Source: a bacterium | GTDB taxonomy: Bacteria; Cyanobacteriota; Vampirovibrionia; LMEP-6097 | NCBI GenBank assembly: GCA_038146805.1 | Contig: JAYQSH010000005.1 | Span: forward strand, 397,636 to 461,635 | DNA length: 64,000 bases | Direction: 5' to 3' | Shown here: piece after piece, positions 57,067-64,000 of the stretch | Position numbering within the stretch: the stretch's first letter is position 1 | How the letters are laid out: each line of letters opens with the position of its first letter | Program-made: the position numbers and the translations under genes | The notes under the pieces: model-generated | Told to the model about the DNA's origin: nothing | Seen by the model: the letters and a program-made list of their open reading frames with translations, nothing else | The model's database searches: none

Positions 57067-57372
57067 TTATGCTAAGATGGTATTTACGAATTATGCAAGA
57101 CGACAGAATATCAGCAATATCAAGTCCAGAAGTTACTAGAGAAGGCCATAATCAAGTTTGACAACAAGCTATTGATAGACTTGCTGGTAATCAAGAAGAG
57201 GCACAGAAAGTCCCTCCAGCTCAAGAAGCCAAAAACACTAATAACGCTGTTGAAAAAACAGGACTTGCTGCAGCTGCAGTCTCAAATGTTCAAGCACCTG
57301 ATCAAAGACCAGGCTTTTCTAAAAATCCTTCTGTCGGTTTAGCTGTTAATACTAGCGCTTAAGAACTAATTA

Positions 57373-58812
<1,440 letters not shown>

Positions 58813-58908
58813 TCATATTTTAACATTCTCAAGAAATGAATTATTCTTATAATTATTGAATAAATTTGAAGAAATTAACCAAAGCGTCAATACAATAAAT
58901 TCAAAAAA

Positions 58909-59760
58909 ATGACAACTATTCCACGAAATCAAAGACTTAATTTTGCAGATTTCCTCAATGGCGAACTTGGCGTAAAAAAAACCGTTAATACACCGCGCAC
59001 AAAAAACCAAGAAAGCAAAGAAAAAAACATAGAGAGATTAATTAAACACTTAGAAAGTTCAAAAGATTTTTTAAGAGAAATATGTCGCTGGAAACAAGAT
59101 CCATATCTAAATTTAGGCGTAAAACTTTTTAATGAAATACAAAGTACAAATTTAAGCTATGAAGAAAAATTTAAAAAAATCGCATGGCAAATTGAAAACA
59201 ATATAAAGCAAATATTTTTAAGCCCAGCACTTAAAGGATCCGATGAAATTTTTGATCAAGCAAAAATCAAAGGTGGTTTTTTAAATGCTTTACAAACTCA
59301 ATTGGGCTTATCGCTAGTAACAATAAACAAACTTAAAACTCAATCTAATGAGCAGATACGCCGCACTCTAAAAAACAACCTAAAAACACTCAATCAATTA
59401 ATGCAATTGCAATTTATGGCTTTTAAATTTTTACTAGATCAAATGACCGAAAAAAATGGTCGAAATCTATTTCATGAATTTCAAGAAGAACAAATGGAAT
59501 TTTTGAATTTAAAAAATGGACAACCAATTTTAGTACCTACAACAGCTTGTTTACAAGAAGTAATCCAAAAAGCAAAAAGTGAAGCAATAGAATTCAAAGA
59601 TGCTCAAAAAACTTTTCGTTTACATGATTCTGGAATGGCAGTAGGTTGCCTCGCTCAAAGAGTGCAAGTGAAACAATATGGCAATAACTCTACAAAAGCC
59701 AATCTTGCAAGTGAATTTGCAGACTATTTAAATAAAGTCATTACTACAACAGTTGCCTGA
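58909..59760 (+). CDS. hypothetical protein
   Basis: 283-aa ORF with no recognised domain. Confidence 0.5.
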   Translation: MTTIPRNQRLNFADFLNGELGVKKTVNTPRTKNQESKEKNIERLIKHLESSKDFLREICRWKQDPYLNLGVKLFNEIQSTNLSYEEKFKKIAWQIENNIKQIFLSPALKGSDEIFDQAKIKGGFLNALQTQLGLSLVTINKLKTQSNEQIRRTLKNNLKTLNQLMQLQFMAFKFLLDQMTEKNGRNLFHEFQEEQMEFLNLKNGQPILVPTTACLQEVIQKAKSEAIEFKDAQKTFRLHDSGMAVGCLAQRVQVKQYGNNSTKANLASEFADYLNKVITTTVA

Positions 59761-59762
59761 AA

Positions 59763-60563
59763 TTGCTAGTATTAATTTTTATGCAGACCAGCCAAAAAAA
59801 AGAACTGCGATTTTCACTCATAGAAAAAGCTCTATATCAAGTAATAGAGCCTCTAGAAAACATCATCCAAGAAAGTAACTTAGGTTTAAATGCAAAGGAT
59901 TTATCAGACTTTGCCAAGCTACAACAAAAAACAAAATCGCTCTACGAGTATTTGAATTTTTTTGCGGATACTTCAATTCGCATATATAAAGACTATTGCG
60001 ACAAAGAGTTTTGGCAAGTTTATAACCTAGAACTCACAAAAAATAATCTAGATCAATTTCCTAGATACGAACAAAACCACATTGATAATGCTATTCAAAA
60101 CGCTTTTTACTTTTATTTTGGACTTTATGCAATTTTACCTAAAATTTATTTCAAACATTTTAAAAAAGAACTCGATAAAAAAACTTTTTTAACTTTAGTT
60201 AAAAACTCAAGACAAACATCCAAACACATGTCAATGATTCACTTTGATATGTTCCGTTCTTTTATTTATTCTTCAAGCCAAACCAAAGTTGGTGTTGCAA
60301 CGAGATTACATAATTTTTTCCCGGACACTTTTCTTATCAATGAACAATTAGAAATTCAATTAAGCCCCATTGCTCTATCAAGAGCTAAAGCGCATACTCA
60401 AAAACTACTAGAAGAAAACAAAGCACAAATAAACAAAGAAAGCCCTACTCTAGGATGCCCAGCTAAATTTGTAAAAATCAATGCTGAAACAGATTTGATA
60501 GACCTAATTCATCAATGGGTTTATTTATTAATGCAAAAATATATTTTAACAAGTGATGCTTAA
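59763..60563 (+). CDS. hypothetical protein
   Basis: 266-aa ORF starting 3 nt after the previous stop (likely co-transcribed). No recognised domain. Confidence 0.5.
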   Translation: MLVLIFMQTSQKKELRFSLIEKALYQVIEPLENIIQESNLGLNAKDLSDFAKLQQKTKSLYEYLNFFADTSIRIYKDYCDKEFWQVYNLELTKNNLDQFPRYEQNHIDNAIQNAFYFYFGLYAILPKIYFKHFKKELDKKTFLTLVKNSRQTSKHMSMIHFDMFRSFIYSSSQTKVGVATRLHNFFPDTFLINEQLEIQLSPIALSRAKAHTQKLLEENKAQINKESPTLGCPAKFVKINAETDLIDLIHQWVYLLMQKYILTSDA

Positions 60564-61334
60564 AGATTTTTTTTCAAGCTTTTCTGTTTTTAATTTTTCT
60601 AAAATAGGCTCTAGAAACTCTTGTACCAAACAATTAATAGAGACAACCTCTGACAAATTATAAAAACGTGATGGGGCAAATGAGCTTAAAACTTTTTCTT
60701 TAAACAATTCCAAAAAATCCTCACGAGACAGCTCTGGATCTAAAAAAAGTTTTTGCTGAGCACGATAAACAGCATTATTAACCTTTTTTCTAGTAGTAGA
60801 CATGTCTTGGGCAATTTGAGCAGTAGTTTTCCCTAAAACCAAAGTACTAATAACTGCAAATTCAAAAACAGAAATTTTATAAAAATCCTTAAATTCATAT
60901 GATTCTAAAACTTGTGGACTCACCCATGTTTCACCAGCAAGAACTTTTTCAATACCAGCTCGAACAATTTTTTTATCATTAATATATTTACCACTCAAAG
61001 CGATTCCTTCAACACCAATATTTTGACACTGCTTCAAAATGATAATCTCATTTGAAGCAGTAAACAAAAATATTTTTGTTTTTGGTAAATGATTTTTTAT
61101 CCAATGTGCTATTTGCAATCCACTATTTTTTATACCTTGATTATTATCCGCAAACTCTCCTAGATAGCAATCAAGCCAAACAAATTCAGGCTTATATTTT
61201 TTTATGGAAAATTCAGCTTCCTGCGTAGAAGTACAAAAATCTAAAATTTCACATTTATCACCAATAATAGAGCGGATATAATCCCACACTATTGGTTGAT
61301 CTTCTACTACGACCGTTCTTACTTTAGAGTTCAT
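60546..61334 (-). CDS. response regulator with LuxR/GerE-type HTH output domain
   Basis: Receiver (VVVEDQP, FVWLDCYL, FTASNE) plus C-terminal HTH (ISTLVLGKTTAQIAQDMSTTRKKVNNAVYRAQQKL). Confidence 0.75.
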   Translation of the reverse strand: MNSKVRTVVVEDQPIVWDYIRSIIGDKCEILDFCTSTQEAEFSIKKYKPEFVWLDCYLGEFADNNQGIKNSGLQIAHWIKNHLPKTKIFLFTASNEIIILKQCQNIGVEGIALSGKYINDKKIVRAGIEKVLAGETWVSPQVLESYEFKDFYKISVFEFAVISTLVLGKTTAQIAQDMSTTRKKVNNAVYRAQQKLFLDPELSREDFLELFKEKVLSSFAPSRFYNLSEVVSINCLVQEFLEPILEKLKTEKLEKKSLSITC

Positions 61335-61668
61335 TTACTAAATACCTCACTTTAATTTTGTTCTTACTTTTTTCTTTTCTAAAAAAATTTTTCATATAAA
61401 ACTCTAGATCTACAACTTGAAAATCATTAATAGAACTTGTTACAACCATTAGTTGATCAACTAAAGCCATAGAAGAAAATTTTTCTTCTATTTTTGGTTT
61501 GATCAATGCGATTTGATTTCTATTTTCATCAATAATTTCATTCACTTCAATATTAATTCTTGCTAAATTGGCATTTGCCAAATGTATTTCAAAAAAAGGA
61601 AAAACAAAATTGAAGGCTAAATAAATTGCTAACAAAACAGATATAAGTAAATTAAAAAATAAAGGCAT
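61324..61668 (-). CDS. small single-pass membrane protein (pilus/secretion accessory?)
   Basis: 114 aa with an N-terminal TM segment, then a coiled region. Overlaps neighbouring genes (translational coupling). Confidence 0.45.
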   Translation of the reverse strand: MPLFFNLLISVLLAIYLAFNFVFPFFEIHLANANLARINIEVNEIIDENRNQIALIKPKIEEKFSSMALVDQLMVVTSSINDFQVVDLEFYMKNFFRKEKSKNKIKVRYLVNEL

Positions 61669-61862
61669 TATTCTAGCTCTCCATACTTTAAATCACTAAG
61701 AGTTTGCTCTTGATTACTAATTTGATAATTACGATACTGAGTCTCTTTATCAATCAATAATTGATATTCAGGCTTTATAATTTGCAAAATACAATTAGCA
61801 TTAAAAATACAAAAAGCCATCAGAGACAATAAAGAAAAACTAATTAACAATAAATTGCTCAT
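61668..61862 (-). CDS. small single-pass membrane protein (pilus/secretion accessory?)
   Basis: 64 aa with an N-terminal TM segment. Starts 2 nt after the secretin stop. Confidence 0.4.
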   Translation of the reverse strand: MSNLLLISFSLLSLMAFCIFNANCILQIIKPEYQLLIDKETQYRNYQISNQEQTLSDLKYGELE

Positions 61863-61863
61863 C

Positions 61864-63636
61864 TTATAGACCTTCCTTTAGTTCAAGAGGATCAACAACT
61901 ACATTGACTTCACGTAATTTACTATTGTTTACTTGAGCAATATCCATATCTGAGCCCAAGTCTTTTTTTGCAAGTTTTTTTTGTTGTTCAGCAAAAATGT
62001 TTTTTTTCGTATTTAAATCAATATGCGGTAAATTAAAAGTTTCATTTTTTGCTTGTAGCGAACTTGCTACAATTTCTTGAGCTTCAATTGCGATAAACAA
62101 TAAATTTTTACGTTTTCTTTTTTTCTTTGAACTACCCAAAAAAGGAATAAGCCTGCCCAAAGGAGAAGTAGATTTTACATTTGCTTCTGATTCAGTTAAA
62201 AAGGCATTCAATACCACTTCTTGACCATCTTTCAAAAGAGCTCCGCTATTGACATATTCTTCAGTAAATATTGGCACATTAAAGCCCGCAACACTAGTGG
62301 ATGTAGATTCTGCACTTGATAAACGACTCGCAAGTTGCACATCAATCAAACCACTATCTAAATTAGTTACTTTTAGCTCACCTTTAAAACCAATCGGAAT
62401 ATACTCAACTGTAATTGAACTATTAGACAATGAATTATTGATTTGAGGTATTGGAAAACGTGTACCCTTGCCAAGTGCAACAGCTTCACCCGAATGTGTA
62501 ATCAAAGAAAACTCATTAACTATTCTTAGTGCACCTTCATTTAATAAATCATTGATATTGATATTTAAAAAAACATTATCCAATAATTTGACTGCACCAC
62601 TAACAAAGTTACCTGAACTTAATTGACTTGTTAAAGCTTGCAGTCCTTTATTAGTTATCGTATTGGTTGCATTAGCTGTACTTAAACCAGAAGCTTGGTT
62701 AATAGACGGCGCAGGAATAGGCGCTGATCCTGCACCACCACTAACCTCATTTAGTGTGGAAGTCGCTGAAATGCTAGACACAAAAGTGTCTATCATTCTA
62801 GTATCCATCTCTAAAAACCTTACTTTAACGGCAAAGCGCTTTGGCTCAGCAACTTCCAAAAAAGAAATTACTCTTTGATTTTCTGAGGCTAATATCAAAT
62901 CACGATATAAATTATTAGTATCAATTAGTTTATTTTGTGATTCATAAGATTCAACAAAGCTTTTGTTTTTACTAGAAGCCAAAGAATTTGTTGGTGCAGA
63001 ATTCAAATTTGGGCTTTCAATATCTTTTAGCCTTAGTTGCCCGCCGGGATTCGAGAAAATCTTAACGCCTTTATCACCAACTGCATTTGCGGCAAAAGCA
63101 ACTGCTAACATCGCAGCTTTTGCATCAGGAACTTTTCCTTTTAAAAAAATCTTAGGACCATTTTCAATATCCATATCACTTACTGTATTTGCTGAAATCA
63201 CAGTAATTTTTTCATCTGAATTTAAATTTTTACTTGCAAAAAGTTCATTGAGCTGATTTTCTAAATAGCTATAATTTTCTTTAACAACAACTTTTAATTT
63301 AATCAAATCCTTTCCAGACTCAAAAGTCAAAACCCCTGTACCCGGCGACTTTGCTTTGAGCAAAAACTTTTTATAACCATTGAGACTTTTTTCTAATTTT
63401 TCAAGCTCAATATAATCTAAAGATTGTTCTGAAGTTCCATAATGAGCTAGAGATACAGGATCTGCGAACTCTAATATTTCAATTTCACCCACATGCAATT
63501 GCTTTTGAAAATTGATTGCTTCTTTGTTAGTAAAACTTAAAATTGGTGTTGCCAGAGAAATTTGGCTAAAGTTTATTAGCGATAGCATTACAATTAGCAA
63601 TGTGCATAATCTATATTGTTGTTTTAGTTTTTTCAT
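61864..63636 (-). CDS. secretin (CpaC/RcpA-type, Tad/type IV pilus-like)
   Basis: Signal peptide. N-terminal pilus-N-like module (LHVGEIEILEFADPVSL...KAKSPGTGVLTF). C-terminal secretin pattern (..DGQEVVLNAF........SPLGRLIPFLGS......NLLFIAIEAQEIV). Confidence 0.75.
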   Translation of the reverse strand: MKKLKQQYRLCTLLIVMLSLINFSQISLATPILSFTNKEAINFQKQLHVGEIEILEFADPVSLAHYGTSEQSLDYIELEKLEKSLNGYKKFLLKAKSPGTGVLTFESGKDLIKLKVVVKENYSYLENQLNELFASKNLNSDEKITVISANTVSDMDIENGPKIFLKGKVPDAKAAMLAVAFAANAVGDKGVKIFSNPGGQLRLKDIESPNLNSAPTNSLASSKNKSFVESYESQNKLIDTNNLYRDLILASENQRVISFLEVAEPKRFAVKVRFLEMDTRMIDTFVSSISATSTLNEVSGGAGSAPIPAPSINQASGLSTANATNTITNKGLQALTSQLSSGNFVSGAVKLLDNVFLNININDLLNEGALRIVNEFSLITHSGEAVALGKGTRFPIPQINNSLSNSSITVEYIPIGFKGELKVTNLDSGLIDVQLASRLSSAESTSTSVAGFNVPIFTEEYVNSGALLKDGQEVVLNAFLTESEANVKSTSPLGRLIPFLGSSKKKRKRKNLLFIAIEAQEIVASSLQAKNETFNLPHIDLNTKKNIFAEQQKKLAKKDLGSDMDIAQVNNSKLREVNVVVDPLELKEGL

Positions 63637-63646
63637 TTTTCCCCCT

Positions 63647-64000
63647 TTAAAAAACTCCTTGTAATTGAAATAAAATCATATCTATCATTGGATACATAGC
63701 AACCATAAGCATTACAGTCGCAGGAAGCAACAAATACAATTGCATATTCTCAATAAAAATTTTTCTTTTTTCATCAGCAATATTCTTCTGACGTAATTTA
63801 AAATCAGATAAATTCTTTAGCAAGGCTGTTTTTTTTGTGCCTTGATAAATAGCAAGTAAAATCGAAAAAAATTCTTGTTCATCTAAATCTTCTTTGTTGA
63901 TATCACTAAGAACTTTTTGCATACCTAAATCATTCGCTTTTTCAAGCAATATATTAATTTCTTGTTTGGCTACAAAATATTTATCATCTAAGCTTTCTAA
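63647..64000 (-). CDS. C-terminal part of a membrane protein, possibly TadB/TadC (GspF-like) platform protein; runs off right edge
   Basis: Frame open to position 64000. Hydrophobic C-terminus LLLPATVMLMVAMYPMIDMILF. Sits immediately upstream of the secretin. Assignment is weak. Confidence 0.35.
   Translation of the reverse strand, partial: LESLDDKYFVAKQEINILLEKANDLGMQKVLSDINKEDLDEQEFFSILLAIYQGTKKTALLKNLSDFKLRQKNIADEKRKIFIENMQLYLLLPATVMLMVAMYPMIDMILFQLQGVF

Noticed and set aside
57093-57362. 89-codon frame with an in-frame TGA at 57159-57161, possibly TGA recoding
   Set aside because: TGA clearly terminates other genes here (speE at 11036-11038, the IS30 transposase at 38036-38038). The frame has no recognisable domain. 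It is most likely non-coding or a dead gene.
57067-57372. Expected atpC (epsilon) downstream of atpD
   Set aside because: All three minus-strand frames contain multiple stops and show no epsilon-like sequence.

Overview
This is an AT-rich (about one-third G+C by eye), gene-dense bacterial chromosomal window. Recognisable housekeeping genes occur singly or in very short runs instead of in the usual operons. atpA and atpD each stand alone about 20 kb apart, and rplD-rplW lack the rest of the S10 operon. The others are pyrD, pyrF-pyrE, speE, hisI, panB, folP, pheS, lgt, dprA, pepA and sepF. They are interleaved with many lineage-specific coiled-coil or low-complexity ORFans. There are two tRNAs (Ala-UGC, Leu-UAG). 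Repetitive and mobile DNA is abundant. It includes one intact and one decayed IS30-family element, the decayed one carrying a nested second IS with perfect 21-bp inverted repeats. It also includes a 76-105-bp MITE-like palindromic element (5 copies) and a 37-bp terminator-like hairpin repeat (1, 2 and 5 tandem copies). Three things stand out. (i) A ~340-nt GC-rich, ORF-less, helix-rich segment (8596-8938) that I could not assign to any RNA family by eye, preceded by seven phased 21-bp direct repeats. (ii) Two accessory segments (4.9 kb and 2.7 kb), each bracketed by near-identical 145-158-bp direct repeats made of the upstream region plus the first ~30 codons of the intact gene on the right. 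(iii) An orphan FliI/SctN-type ATPase and a Tad/secretin-like cluster at the right edge. Several genes are broken by frameshifts (PAP2, cytidine-deaminase-like, yggS, sepF tail); this may be decay or homopolymer sequencing error. An AtpB resembling cyanobacterial/plastid sequences (from memory) and the yggS-sepF adjacency hint at a cyanobacteria-related non-photosynthetic lineage; this is inference only. No searches or folding programs were run; all calls rest on motifs and alignments read by eye.
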